From: Candidatus Margulisiibacteriota bacterium
GTDB taxonomy: Bacteria > Margulisbacteria > Marinamargulisbacteria > JBFWNS01
NCBI GenBank assembly: GCA_050250935.1
Contig: JBFWNS010000002.1
Span: 134,433-198,432, forward strand
Direction: 5' to 3'
Length of the DNA: 64,000 nt
A model generated the notes under the pieces. It was not told the origin of the DNA. It did no database searches and worked only from the letters and a program-made list of their open reading frames with translations. Below, one piece after another: positions 16,010-26,040 of the stretch. How positions within the stretch are numbered: the stretch's first letter is position 1; every line of letters starts with the position of its first letter. The position numbers and the translations under genes are program-made.

Positions 16010-17842
16010 TTAATCATCATCGATATCACTATCACTGGAAGCGGCATCATAGGTGCCGTAATCATCAGCGGCATCATCGACAGTGTCATCATCAGCGACA
16101 TCTGCGGCATCATAGGTGCCGTAATCATCAGCGGCATCATCGGCAGTGTCATCATCTTCCAATAGGTGTTGTTGTAATTCAGTTTTTAAACGTCTGTCTT
16201 CTCTGAGTTCTATTGTTCTGGAATAGCCCGTACCATGATTTTGTTTCCTGATATGGTCTCTGCCTCTAGGCCCAACATGATGTTGTGTTGCCTCTTTAAC
16301 AAATCCAATAGCCCTATCATCACCCAACTCGTTTAATAAACTTAGAACATCTGGAAAGCCTTGCAAGATGTGCATTATTCTGAGTCGGTCCCTACTTGGT
16401 AGATCCTGAACGACCTCACAAAGGAATAACCGAATTAAACGATCAACAACACGGTTGTAACCATACATTTGTGCTAGTTCCAGTGGCGACTTGTTTTCTA
16501 TATAAATTTCTAAAACAGTCCGAATTGCACCTTGTTCATTATTATCCCTACAAGCATACACCATGCCGTCAATCAAAGCTTGGGCAACGGCAGGATCAAG
16601 ACCATTTAAAAGTTCTACCACATTTTCTGCAGCATCATCACTGCTCAGTGCGTAGTCTTTTAAAAGTTTCTGCACCTCTCTATTTTGGGCGAGGCTCACT
16701 TTGGCATCCGCATTGGTCTCATCTTGCACAAAGGCTATTAATTTGTCCGCAATGTGCTCCCATACACCCACTTGGGTGACTTGGGCCAAAACTAAGAATA
16801 GATTGGCTTTCTGGGCATCCTCCCCACAAGCACCCACCATACCGTCAATCAAAGTTTGGGCAACAGCAGGGTCAAGACCATTTAAAAGTTCTACCACATT
16901 TTCTGCAGCATCATCACTGCTCAGTGTGTAGTCTTTTAAAAGAGTTTGCACATTATTATCTTGGGCAAGTGCTGCTTTGTGAGCACCCGTGGTACTAGTA
17001 GCTTGCATAAAGGCTATTAACTTTGCCGCTATGTGCTGCCATACACCACCTTGGGTGACCTTGGCCAAAACTTGGATCAGCCGAACTTTTTGATCCCCAT
17101 CATCCCCACAAACATCCACCATGCCGTCAATCAAAGTTTGGGCAACTGCAACTTCAACCTTGTTTAAATGCGCTACCACTGTTTCAGCAGCATCATCGCC
17201 ACTCAACGTGTAGTCTTTTAAAGGGGCGCCGTTCACAGCCCCTGCTTTTACAAGAGCCCGTCGAATTTTTAGAGCAAGGGCTTCTAGGTCTGTAAAACTG
17301 TTTACTGGGATTTTACGTGCAAAAGCCTCATGGGCCGCAAATTGGTCCACAACGGCTTGGGGTTCTCGGGCGAGGAAGGCTTTAATCCAATCTACGTTTT
17401 TTTCGGCCAAAACTTTTTGGATCAATGCGGCGTCTATAACAAGTTCTTTATACATTTTGTGCAAACCCTCTTCCACGGTGCGAGGGGTTTGTTGGCTAGC
17501 AGCTTCGTACCAAAGCGAATCTTGGGGCAAAACACACATAAGATAGGATGCGGCACCAAAGGCATTGAAGGCAGAATGGACTACTTGGCTACAGCGTTCT
17601 ATCTCTTTTTGAACGGATTCAAGTTTAAGCCTAGCTTCTCCTAAGTCTCTACCTCTCTTAACCGCTGCCATGGTACTTTCATTCTTAGGTTTCACCTTGA
17701 GCTCTTCGACCCTAGCTTCGCATTGGGTTCTGTCTTCCAAAAGTTTACGCCATTGCATTGCGGTTTTTATAATTACTGGTGGGGACAAAGTGGGAGGGCT
17801 TGACGGATAATGTGGCTTTGATTTTGCAATAATTTTTTTCAT
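16010..17842 (-). CDS. Hypothetical protein with an N-terminal coiled coil, three 92-94 aa repeats and an Asp-rich tail
   Basis: 610-aa ORF with RBS AAGGA; repeats LKDY.LS.DDAAE.VV..LN.....VAQ.LIDGMV. Confidence 0.85.
   Translation of the reverse strand: MKKIIAKSKPHYPSSPPTLSPPVIIKTAMQWRKLLEDRTQCEARVEELKVKPKNESTMAAVKRGRDLGEARLKLESVQKEIERCSQVVHSAFNAFGAASYLMCVLPQDSLWYEAASQQTPRTVEEGLHKMYKELVIDAALIQKVLAEKNVDWIKAFLAREPQAVVDQFAAHEAFARKIPVNSFTDLEALALKIRRALVKAGAVNGAPLKDYTLSGDDAAETVVAHLNKVEVAVAQTLIDGMVDVCGDDGDQKVRLIQVLAKVTQGGVWQHIAAKLIAFMQATSTTGAHKAALAQDNNVQTLLKDYTLSSDDAAENVVELLNGLDPAVAQTLIDGMVGACGEDAQKANLFLVLAQVTQVGVWEHIADKLIAFVQDETNADAKVSLAQNREVQKLLKDYALSSDDAAENVVELLNGLDPAVAQALIDGMVYACRDNNEQGAIRTVLEIYIENKSPLELAQMYGYNRVVDRLIRLFLCEVVQDLPSRDRLRIMHILQGFPDVLSLLNELGDDRAIGFVKEATQHHVGPRGRDHIRKQNHGTGYSRTIELREDRRLKTELQQHLLEDDDTADDAADDYGTYDAADVADDDTVDDAADDYGTYDAASSDSDIDDD
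16041..16156. repeat. 63-nt coding duplication (DDTxDDAADDYGTYDAA)
   Basis: GCGGCATCATAGGTGCCGTAATCATCAGCGGCATCATCG at 16041 and 16104. Confidence 0.9.
16561..17222. repeat. Three coding repeats with 276-nt and 282-nt spacing
   Basis: CCAT(G/A)CCGTCAATCAAAG anchor at 16561, 16837 and 17119. Confidence 0.9.
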
Positions 17843-17853
17843 GGGAGGTTCCT

Positions 17854-20800
17854 TTAACTTTCGGTCGAGGAGTCAGTTCTAGCATCGTCGTTATCTGCAT
17901 CAGACCTATCATCGGCGGCTGAATTAGATCGGTCTAAAACCACCACGCTACTAGCTGAAACGCGCAATGCAGCAGAGGCATGGCTAGGTGTTCGAGTTCG
18001 GGCCGTTGTAGCAGCTGTAGCAGAACCGGGCTCAGCGGCGGCAGCCATTGTCGAGGCACGTTTACGACACGCAAGCTCGAACACGTCCGGATTGTCCCTT
18101 TGAATTTGTTCTAGATACGCTATTAAACGATCCTGCTGGGCTGCGTCTAGAACACCCATTGCGTATTTCACCAGCTCTGTTGTCCATAGTTTGGGATGTT
18201 GGCGGATGTAGGTTGTAATGCTGGACTCTTGGTGAGGGGTAGTGGGCCGAGAGTGCAAGGCAGCTGAAGACACGGGGGCTATTGGTAGAAAAGGTCCTGT
18301 AGATGCCGCTACCGCAGCTTGGATTGCAACAATGGGTGTAAAGCTTATAGGGCTTGCTGGAGATGTTGATGAAGGCCTAAGCACCTGCGCCGATTGAGGA
18401 GATTGGACGAGTTGCGCTAACAATTGGGTTTGATCATTCAGAGCTAAAGGCGACACTCTCCCGGCAGAGGTAGCTGGGAGATCGGTCCTTGCTGGGAGAG
18501 CTTTAACCAAAATATTCAAGACTCTCTCATTATGCAGACCAAAAATAAAGGCTTTGTTATTTTCGGTCAGTAATTCAAGCCAATCTTTAAGCGTGAAGCT
18601 CAACTCTATGCTTGCAGGACGGGTGTCGGTAGTACTTTCTACTTCCGGCATAAGAAGTGGCCAACTCACGTATTCTTGCATTAATTTTAAAATCTGAATG
18701 CGTTCTATCAAATTAAAATCGCGGGTTAATCCTACTCGACTGAGATGCTCATCGCTATAAAAACTTGGACATTTTCCCAGGACACTGATCAAATCCATTT
18801 CCAGCCGACCCAAGCACTCAATAACCGCTGGTTCGAAACGGATATCAACCCCCACAGCAACCCAGTCTTTCACTACCTGCACCGCTTGTTCTTCTGGAGA
18901 AGTTTTATCATGAGGTACACAAAGCGCGTCCAAAGTTTGATCTAGAACCGTTAACCCTTCAGAAGCCATCACCACTGCAGCGGAGGCTACCAAGGTATGA
19001 AGGGGGTTACGATCTAAAGCCTCTCGTATCCGATCACACGTCTGAGAATCCGCGCCAGTCGTTTCCACAAAACCATCCTCAAGCCATTGGTCAACATCGA
19101 AGCTATGAAATTTAACAAAAAAAAAGTCGCCTATTACTTGACTGGTTTGTTCACTCTCCTCTCTGGAAAAAGCTTTTTGAAGTAGCAAGGAAAGATGTTG
19201 AGCGTACAGCATGCTGGCGCCTTGTGTTTGGCGAAGTAAGTTCAAGCCGTCGGCCAAGGATTGTCCAATCTCTGCAAGTCGCTCTATTTGGGTGATCACT
19301 GTTGTACGGGTTTCAACCCATTCTTCGAACTCGCAAAGCCATACTTTAACTCGTTGGGCTCTGACTGCAGGTGGTTTTTTCTGAAAGGCAGGACTAAGTA
19401 ACTCGTTTCGGGTTGTTTGAAGTTTGTTAAAAGTTTCTTCAAACGTCCCAACCACTTCTGCAAGATGACGCTGTTGACCCGGATAGGCCACTGTAATGGC
19501 GCCTTGCATATCCATCATTGAAACCAGATGTTGTTCGGACGGCCTCACCCTGTCTGGGGTGGCTCGTAATACACGATGTGGCGTTACGTTTACTGCAGTG
19601 GCGGGGAATTCGGTGGCAGACAAAGACAGTGGCGTTGAATGTTGAGGAACCAATCTCGAAGCCATTGGAGTCAAATCTAAACCAACTCCGGCAGCAGTAC
19701 TATCCCCTACATCTGAATCTGAAACAGATGATAAACTTCTACTTAATCTTGATGTCATCGACGCAGAGAAATCCATCCTATGGGTGCTGGATTCAAATTG
19801 TAAGTGAGATTCTACTGTAGTTAAACGATCAAAAGCAGGGGAAGCAGCCGGAGTTCTAACACCATGTCGCAAAGCTGTAGCAGCACGCACGACCGTTACA
19901 GCTACATTGAGCCTTTCAACAGGACCTCGACGATGAAACAGAGATAGCCCCCAAGCCCTTACCTCCCTGACTAATGCGTTACCACTGTCCTCTTTTCTTT
20001 GTAATTCCCACTTATTGGTTGATAACCCTTGTGCAAGCGTTTCGCCATGGCGGGCTAAGAAATCAGAAACTTTCTGACCCAGTGTTTGGCATAGCGTCTC
20101 CAGTGCATCTACGCAATCCTGAAGAGAAACCTGGGAAAGCAGTTTATCTTTCTCAATAAATTGAACAATCTCCAAGTCATTACCGGCTATAATTAGACCC
20201 GCTAAAATTTTAAGGGCGAGTTGAACATTTTGTTGGGGGGAAACGAGTTCAGAATTAACAATCAAACGCCACCGATGGCATTGGTCTAGGTTAAAGTCAG
20301 GCCCGTCCAATGCGCGTTGGATATTCGAGACAGATCGTGTATGCCTCAAAAGGGCGATTGCGTGTAACCAATAGGGTTCAGAAGGCGATTCGACAAGCGT
20401 TTGCAGGCCATCGGAAACCAACCGTTGAGCAGTTTCCTGCCAAAGCCACTCCGCATGGTTCATATCAATTGAGGTGTGATGCAACAGGGCTTCAACACCT
20501 CTGTACAGGCTTTCAAATTGGGTAGGCCCAAACCTTAATTGTTCAAAACCAGGTTTATTTTGAGCTAAACCAAGAATAATGAATGGGGCTAGTCGCGTAA
20601 ACACTTCTCCTGTGGCATAGCGCGCACTATCAACAATAACTGTGCAGGTGTTCGCTAAAAGTTCGTTAAGTAGCTTTTTTCCTTCAGAACACGTTTGCAA
20701 ACTCCCTACAATGCGAACAACCGCTTCTTCCTTGACCCCCTTACCTTCGACACAATGCATTAGAAATTTTTCTTGGAATGTTCGCGCTCTCACCCCCGTT

Positions 20801-21381
20801 GTCCCCTCGTTAGCCTTGGTTATTAGCGCAGTTACAACCACGTCGAGTTTTTCTGGAGACACCAACTGTGTAACCGTTTCCAAAATAGCAAAGAATCTTT
20901 TTGCGCTGATTTCCTTGCCATCACTGGTTTTGCAAAACACCATCAACCTGGCCAACGCCCCGACTGCATTGTCATCGTTTTGTATTGCGGCTCGATACTC
21001 CATCAACTGGGCTGCAGGTAATAGGGCTGCAACAGCTTGTTTTTTAAATTGGAATTTGGCTGTAATCTTTCCCCAGAATCCATTGCGATCACCAGAAACA
21101 TCCAACTGAAGCACCCGAACACAAGCAAAAAGATCCGATAGTGAAAGATGTTTGTTATCTAAAAACTTCCCTAGCAATATCTTTTTTTGAGAATCTGGGG
21201 TGGTTTCCGGAATGGATTGTTGATCTTGTCTCCGAATGGCTGCTAGAAGGGTTCTAGGATTCATGGCGTCAAGTTCAATCAAAACTTCATGCTCTCGACC
21301 AAAACTATCCATTAGACGCACTGAATCGGCAGATCGCGCAAAAGGCATTCTTGCCGCTACTATCTTTTTTAACCCCACCAT
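17854..21381 (-). CDS. Large orphan hypothetical protein (1175 aa)
   Basis: Long ORF with strong RBS (AAGGAG); helical regions separated by Ser/Thr/Pro/Ala-rich low-complexity segments; acidic C-terminus; no signal peptide and no motif recognised. Confidence 0.85.
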   Translation of the reverse strand: MVGLKKIVAARMPFARSADSVRLMDSFGREHEVLIELDAMNPRTLLAAIRRQDQQSIPETTPDSQKKILLGKFLDNKHLSLSDLFACVRVLQLDVSGDRNGFWGKITAKFQFKKQAVAALLPAAQLMEYRAAIQNDDNAVGALARLMVFCKTSDGKEISAKRFFAILETVTQLVSPEKLDVVVTALITKANEGTTGVRARTFQEKFLMHCVEGKGVKEEAVVRIVGSLQTCSEGKKLLNELLANTCTVIVDSARYATGEVFTRLAPFIILGLAQNKPGFEQLRFGPTQFESLYRGVEALLHHTSIDMNHAEWLWQETAQRLVSDGLQTLVESPSEPYWLHAIALLRHTRSVSNIQRALDGPDFNLDQCHRWRLIVNSELVSPQQNVQLALKILAGLIIAGNDLEIVQFIEKDKLLSQVSLQDCVDALETLCQTLGQKVSDFLARHGETLAQGLSTNKWELQRKEDSGNALVREVRAWGLSLFHRRGPVERLNVAVTVVRAATALRHGVRTPAASPAFDRLTTVESHLQFESSTHRMDFSASMTSRLSRSLSSVSDSDVGDSTAAGVGLDLTPMASRLVPQHSTPLSLSATEFPATAVNVTPHRVLRATPDRVRPSEQHLVSMMDMQGAITVAYPGQQRHLAEVVGTFEETFNKLQTTRNELLSPAFQKKPPAVRAQRVKVWLCEFEEWVETRTTVITQIERLAEIGQSLADGLNLLRQTQGASMLYAQHLSLLLQKAFSREESEQTSQVIGDFFFVKFHSFDVDQWLEDGFVETTGADSQTCDRIREALDRNPLHTLVASAAVVMASEGLTVLDQTLDALCVPHDKTSPEEQAVQVVKDWVAVGVDIRFEPAVIECLGRLEMDLISVLGKCPSFYSDEHLSRVGLTRDFNLIERIQILKLMQEYVSWPLLMPEVESTTDTRPASIELSFTLKDWLELLTENNKAFIFGLHNERVLNILVKALPARTDLPATSAGRVSPLALNDQTQLLAQLVQSPQSAQVLRPSSTSPASPISFTPIVAIQAAVAASTGPFLPIAPVSSAALHSRPTTPHQESSITTYIRQHPKLWTTELVKYAMGVLDAAQQDRLIAYLEQIQRDNPDVFELACRKRASTMAAAAEPGSATAATTARTRTPSHASAALRVSASSVVVLDRSNSAADDRSDADNDDARTDSSTES

Positions 21382-21469
21382 ACCCCTATCTCCTTCTGAT
21401 TCGACGCAGCGACTGGCTGCACGGGTTTAACACATGTTTGATTCTAAGGCCCAATACTGGGTCTTTAAT

Positions 21470-21498
21470 TTGTCGGTGAATTCTTGAAAAAATTGCAA
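21470..21498 (-). promoter_or_regulatory. Sigma-28-like promoter for the orphan gene cluster
   Basis: Minus strand TTGCAATTTT-N11-ACCGACAA, the same layout as 5040-5068. Confidence 0.45.
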
Positions 21499-21531
21499 AA
21501 AAAACCGGTCATGGCGTAGACTGAAGGGCCT

Positions 21532-24279
21532 ATGAGCATTTTGGTGATTGATGGACATTCGTTGGCGTATCGGGCTTTTTTTGCGTTTCCGCCCAATTTA
21601 ACCTTGCCTGATGGGCAGCCCATTAATGCGGTTTTTGGGTTTTTTACGCTGTTGTTAAAAGCCTACGACGAGCTAAATCCTAGTCATTTTATCATTTGCT
21701 TTGACCGAAAAGAACCCACTTTTCGGCATGATTTATACACCGCCTACAAAGCCCATCGTCCCCCAGCCCCCGAAGAATTTCGGTCGCAGATGACACTTTT
21801 AAAGCAGGCCTTGGGCGAGGTTGGCATTCCCATTTTGGAATCGCCAGGTTTCGAAGCCGACGACATTATGGGGACTTTATCGGCCTTATCCCATACCTGG
21901 AAAACCCCCTGCTTTTTAATGACGGGCGACACCGACTGCCTGCAATTGGTCGACACCCAAACCTCGGTGGTATTAAGCAAGGCCAGAAGCGACGAATTGC
22001 ACATTATGGACTCAGCCGCCGTTCAGGATCGCTATGGGTTAAGCCCAGCCCAGTTGATCGATTTTAAAGCCCTTAAAGGCGACCCCTCGGACAATATTCC
22101 GGGCGTTGCTGGCATTGGCGAAAAAACGGCCACCAATCTGTTGCAAACCTATGCCACCCTCGAGGGCATCTACGAGAACCTAGACGCCATCACCGGCGCC
22201 ACGCACACGAAGCTTCAAACCGGCCGCGAAATGGCCTTTTTGTCTCAAACCTTGGTTCGGATTGTCACCGATGTGCCCATCAACCCCGATTTGTCTGCCT
22301 ATGCCTATAGCCCCAACTGGGCGGCTTTGTTTGGGATTTTCGAGCGGTTTAAATTTAATTTGTTAATGCGCAAATATGCCAAGTTTCGGCCTGGGACTTC
22401 TGAATCTGTTGCTGGGGCTGCCGAAATACCCTCAGCCCTTTCGGCGCCCGAGGCAACCCCAACGGCCCCCAGCGGAACCTATGCCCTTGTGGACGCAACA
22501 ACCCTCGATGCCCTGCTGCCCAAACTGCAAGCCGGATTTGCCTTGGATTTGGAAACCGATTCGGCCACCGCAGTGTCGGCCACTATTTTGGGGCTGTCGT
22601 TTTCGGTATCGCCTGGGGAAGCCTACTATGTGCCTCTTCCGGCGCCCAAACCCCAGCTGGCTTTGTTTTCTAGCCCAGAGCCTACCCCGACCTTGCCCGA
22701 AGCCTTGCTGAAACTGAAACCCATCTTGGAAAACCCCACCATTCCAAAAATAACCCACAACGGTAAGTTTGAATTAACCGTGCTTCGCCACGCCGGCATT
22801 CACCTGCGCGGTATTGGGTTTGATACCATGATTGCCGCCTTTTTATTGTTTCCCCTAGAAACAGTGGGTCTTAAAGACCTGGCCGCCCGCCATTTAAATG
22901 TGGCCATGACAGCCTTCGAAACCCTGACCCAAAAAGGGAAAATTCCTTTTGCCGATATTCCCCTCGAACAAGCCGCTGCCTATGCCGGAGCCGACGCCGA
23001 TATGACCCTTCAGCTCAAACTCAAGTTTGATCCTTTGCTTAAAGCCAAAGGGTTGGAATCGTTGTTTTCCACCATCGAGATGCCACTTCAAGCGGTTTTG
23101 GCCGACATGGAAACCACTGGCGTTTGTTTGGATACTGCCTATTTGAATCAGCTCGAAAGCACCTTTGATGGAGAATTAAATACCTTGTCCAAATCGATTT
23201 TTGAAGCGGCAGGCATGCCCTTTAACATTAATTCACCCAAACAATTGGGTAGCGTTTTATTCGACACCCTTCAATTGCCGGTGATTAAAACCACCAAAAC
23301 CGGGAGATCCACCGATGTGTCGGTTTTGGAAGCCTTGAAAACCCAGCATCCGATTGTGCCCCATTTGTTGCGGTTTCGAACCCTCGAAAAATTGCAATCC
23401 ACCTATGTACGTGCCCTGCCCTCTTTGATTAACCCCGAAACCGGTCGGGTTCATGCCTCGTTTAACCAAACCATTGCGGTAACGGGACGGCTCTCGTCCT
23501 CGAATCCCAATTTGCAAAACATTCCCATTCGCACCGAAGAGGGTCGAAAATTGCGTCGCGCCTTTATTCCCTCGGCCAAAAACCGTTTGATTCTTTCGGC
23601 CGACTATTCCCAAATCGAGCTGCGCATTCTGGCCCACTTGGCCCAAGACAAAGCCATGATTGCAGCGTTTAAGGCCGGCGAAGACATTCATACGTCCACG
23701 GCTGCCGAGGTCTTTGGCGTGCCCAAATCCGAGGTCACCAAAGACCAGCGCTACAAAGCCAAGGCCGTGAATTTTGGCATTATTTATGGCCAATCGTCCT
23801 ATGGACTTTCGGACACCTTGGGCATTTCCATGAAAGAAGCCAAAGCCATCATCGACCACTATTTCGAGATTTTTCCCACCATCAAAACTTTTATGAACAC
23901 CACCATTGCCTTTGCCCAAGACAATGGCTTTGTGCGTACCGAATTTGGTCGCATTCGACCGATTCCAGACATTTCCAGCGGCAACCGCAGCCTTCGCCAA
24001 TTTGCCGAACGCACCGCTGTGAATACCCGGGTTCAGGGCACAGCGGCCGACATCATCAAAATTGCCATGAACCGAATTTTTACCCAACTAGAAACCGAAA
24101 AACTAGCCTCGAAATTGATGATTCAAGTCCACGACGAGTTGGTGTTTGATGTGGTGGATTCCGAACTTGAAACGGTTCAAGCCCTGGTTAAAACCCACAT
24201 GGAGGGTGCGGCCAGCTTTAGCGTGCCTTTGTCGGTGGATTCGGTGGTTGGGCCTTCTTGGGAGGAATTGGAAGGGTAA
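21532..24279 (+). CDS. polA: DNA polymerase I
   Basis: IDGHSLAYRAF 5'-nuclease start; TGRLSSSNPNLQNIP, ADYSQIELR, KAVNFGIIYG and QVHDEL motifs. Confidence 0.98.
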   Translation: MSILVIDGHSLAYRAFFAFPPNLTLPDGQPINAVFGFFTLLLKAYDELNPSHFIICFDRKEPTFRHDLYTAYKAHRPPAPEEFRSQMTLLKQALGEVGIPILESPGFEADDIMGTLSALSHTWKTPCFLMTGDTDCLQLVDTQTSVVLSKARSDELHIMDSAAVQDRYGLSPAQLIDFKALKGDPSDNIPGVAGIGEKTATNLLQTYATLEGIYENLDAITGATHTKLQTGREMAFLSQTLVRIVTDVPINPDLSAYAYSPNWAALFGIFERFKFNLLMRKYAKFRPGTSESVAGAAEIPSALSAPEATPTAPSGTYALVDATTLDALLPKLQAGFALDLETDSATAVSATILGLSFSVSPGEAYYVPLPAPKPQLALFSSPEPTPTLPEALLKLKPILENPTIPKITHNGKFELTVLRHAGIHLRGIGFDTMIAAFLLFPLETVGLKDLAARHLNVAMTAFETLTQKGKIPFADIPLEQAAAYAGADADMTLQLKLKFDPLLKAKGLESLFSTIEMPLQAVLADMETTGVCLDTAYLNQLESTFDGELNTLSKSIFEAAGMPFNINSPKQLGSVLFDTLQLPVIKTTKTGRSTDVSVLEALKTQHPIVPHLLRFRTLEKLQSTYVRALPSLINPETGRVHASFNQTIAVTGRLSSSNPNLQNIPIRTEEGRKLRRAFIPSAKNRLILSADYSQIELRILAHLAQDKAMIAAFKAGEDIHTSTAAEVFGVPKSEVTKDQRYKAKAVNFGIIYGQSSYGLSDTLGISMKEAKAIIDHYFEIFPTIKTFMNTTIAFAQDNGFVRTEFGRIRPIPDISSGNRSLRQFAERTAVNTRVQGTAADIIKIAMNRIFTQLETEKLASKLMIQVHDELVFDVVDSELETVQALVKTHMEGAASFSVPLSVDSVVGPSWEELEG

Positions 24280-26040
24280 TTACGCCTCTGCTTGCTCTTG
24301 CAGGGCCAGCCACTGTTCTTCCAAGGTTTCCAGCTCGTCTGAGAGTTCAGACAACCGCAGTTGGCGGCCCACATCGATGGTTGTGGGATTGTTGGAAAAA
24401 AAGAGGTGGATTTGCTGCTTCTCTTTTTCCAAAGTCTCGATGGCCGTTGAGATTTTTTTGATCTGCGATTGAACATCTTTCCCGGCTTTGGACTTGGCGT
24501 TTTTGGATTTTCCCGATTTGGCATTGCTGCTTTTGCTGTCGCCGGAATCAGAATCGAACAGGCTTTCACGAAGGTGATACACATACTCATCGTAGGTGCC
24601 CGGATAGCCCATCACATTGCCGTCTTTGACCTCGATAATTTGGGTGGCGGCCAAGTGCACAAAGGTGCGGTCGTGGCTGATAAAAAACAAGGTCCCCTGA
24701 TAGTTTTTGAGGGCATCGCCCAAGGCTTCGACGGTTTCGAAATCCAAATGGTTGGTGGGTTCATCCAACAAAAACACGTCGCTGCCAGACAGCAACAAGC
24801 CGGCCAAACACATCCGTGCCCGCTCTCCCCCACTCAGCACACGAATTTTCTTTTTCACCTCATCACCTGGAAACAGAAAACTTCCGGCCATGTCCAAGAT
24901 GGCTTGCCGGGGCGTGGTGTCCAAGGCTTGGGATTCCAAATATTCAAAGACCGTATCGCTTTCGTCCATTTCGCCGTACACATGCTGGGCGTAATAGGCC
25001 ACCTTCATGTCGTAGCCCCATTCGATGGAGCCGGATTTTTTTTCGAGGAACCCGGCAATGGTTTTCAAAAAGGTACTTTTGCCTTGGCCGTTGTCCCCCA
25101 AAACCGCCACGTGGGCCCCTCTTGGAATTTCCAAATTAATGCCAGAAGCAATGGTTTTGTCGGGATAGCCAATGGTTAAATTGTGGGCCGCCATGCCCAA
25201 GCCTTTTTTGACAGGAACTTGGGGCAACCGGATGCTGACACTGGACAAGGGCTGGTCGATATCGATGGTTTTGAGTTTGGCCAATTGCTTCATCTTGGAC
25301 TGGGCTGCGGAGGCTTTGGAGGCCTTGGCCTTGAATCGGTCAACGAAGGTTTGCAATTGCTGCTGCTTTTTTTCGATGGTTTTGTTGTAGCGTTCGGCGT
25401 GGGCTACTTTTTCTTGTTTGTATTGAAAATAGGCTTCCACATCGCCTTCGTAAAAGGTGACTTCCCCACGCTCGACTTCCAGAGTTTGATCGCAGGTTCT
25501 TTTTAAAAATTCCCGGTCATGGGAAATCACCAAAAAACCACCTTCGAATTCTTGCAAAAAAGTTTCCAATAACAACAGCGTACTCAAATCCAAATAGTTG
25601 GTGGGCTCGTCTAGCATCAAAAAATTGGGCTCTTTTAACAACATCGCCGTCAGCTTGACCCGCATTTGATAACCGCCAGACAAGGCCGTCACCGGCAACC
25701 ACAATTTTTCATAATCCAACTGAAACTGACCCGCCAATTTGGCACATTCCCATTCTTCTCTTCCCGTGTCTCGGGTTAAAAAGTCCATGGCTACTTCGTC
25801 TTTTAAAAAGGGGTCATGTTGTTGCAAATAGCTGAGTCGCAACGCCGAAGACGGCGAAAAGGTTCCCCCATCGGCTTCTTCTTGACCAGTTAAAATTTTA
25901 AACAGGGTCGATTTTCCAGCCCCATTGCGGCCGATGACGCCAATTTTCTGGCCGTCTTGAAACGAGCCTGTGGCACCTTCGAGCACTGTTCGGGTGCCAT
26001 AGGACTTGGTCAAATTGGAAAAACTAAGCAAGGTTGGCAT
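24280..26040 (-). CDS. ABC-F family ATP-binding protein
   Basis: Two ABC domains (GRNGAGKST, LSGG, LDEPTN; GDNGQGKST, LSGGE, LDEPTNHLD), no TM segments, C-terminal coiled coil. Confidence 0.95.
   Translation of the reverse strand: MPTLLSFSNLTKSYGTRTVLEGATGSFQDGQKIGVIGRNGAGKSTLFKILTGQEEADGGTFSPSSALRLSYLQQHDPFLKDEVAMDFLTRDTGREEWECAKLAGQFQLDYEKLWLPVTALSGGYQMRVKLTAMLLKEPNFLMLDEPTNYLDLSTLLLLETFLQEFEGGFLVISHDREFLKRTCDQTLEVERGEVTFYEGDVEAYFQYKQEKVAHAERYNKTIEKKQQQLQTFVDRFKAKASKASAAQSKMKQLAKLKTIDIDQPLSSVSIRLPQVPVKKGLGMAAHNLTIGYPDKTIASGINLEIPRGAHVAVLGDNGQGKSTFLKTIAGFLEKKSGSIEWGYDMKVAYYAQHVYGEMDESDTVFEYLESQALDTTPRQAILDMAGSFLFPGDEVKKKIRVLSGGERARMCLAGLLLSGSDVFLLDEPTNHLDFETVEALGDALKNYQGTLFFISHDRTFVHLAATQIIEVKDGNVMGYPGTYDEYVYHLRESLFDSDSGDSKSSNAKSGKSKNAKSKAGKDVQSQIKKISTAIETLEKEKQQIHLFFSNNPTTIDVGRQLRLSELSDELETLEEQWLALQEQAEA

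Noticed and set aside
15988..16206. His/Arg-rich ORF resembling a metal-binding peptide
   Set aside because: It is the antisense reading of the GAT-rich Asp tail of 16010-17842.
16041..17222. Direct repeats considered as a CRISPR array
   Set aside because: Periods are multiples of three, lie inside an ORF, have no unique spacers, and no cas genes are present.
23257..24087. Long antisense ORFs (also 12966-13859, 24469-25179, 35297-35992, 40960-41715, 50181-50933, 62326-63024)
   Set aside because: Each lies fully opposite a well-supported conserved gene; expected codon-bias shadows.
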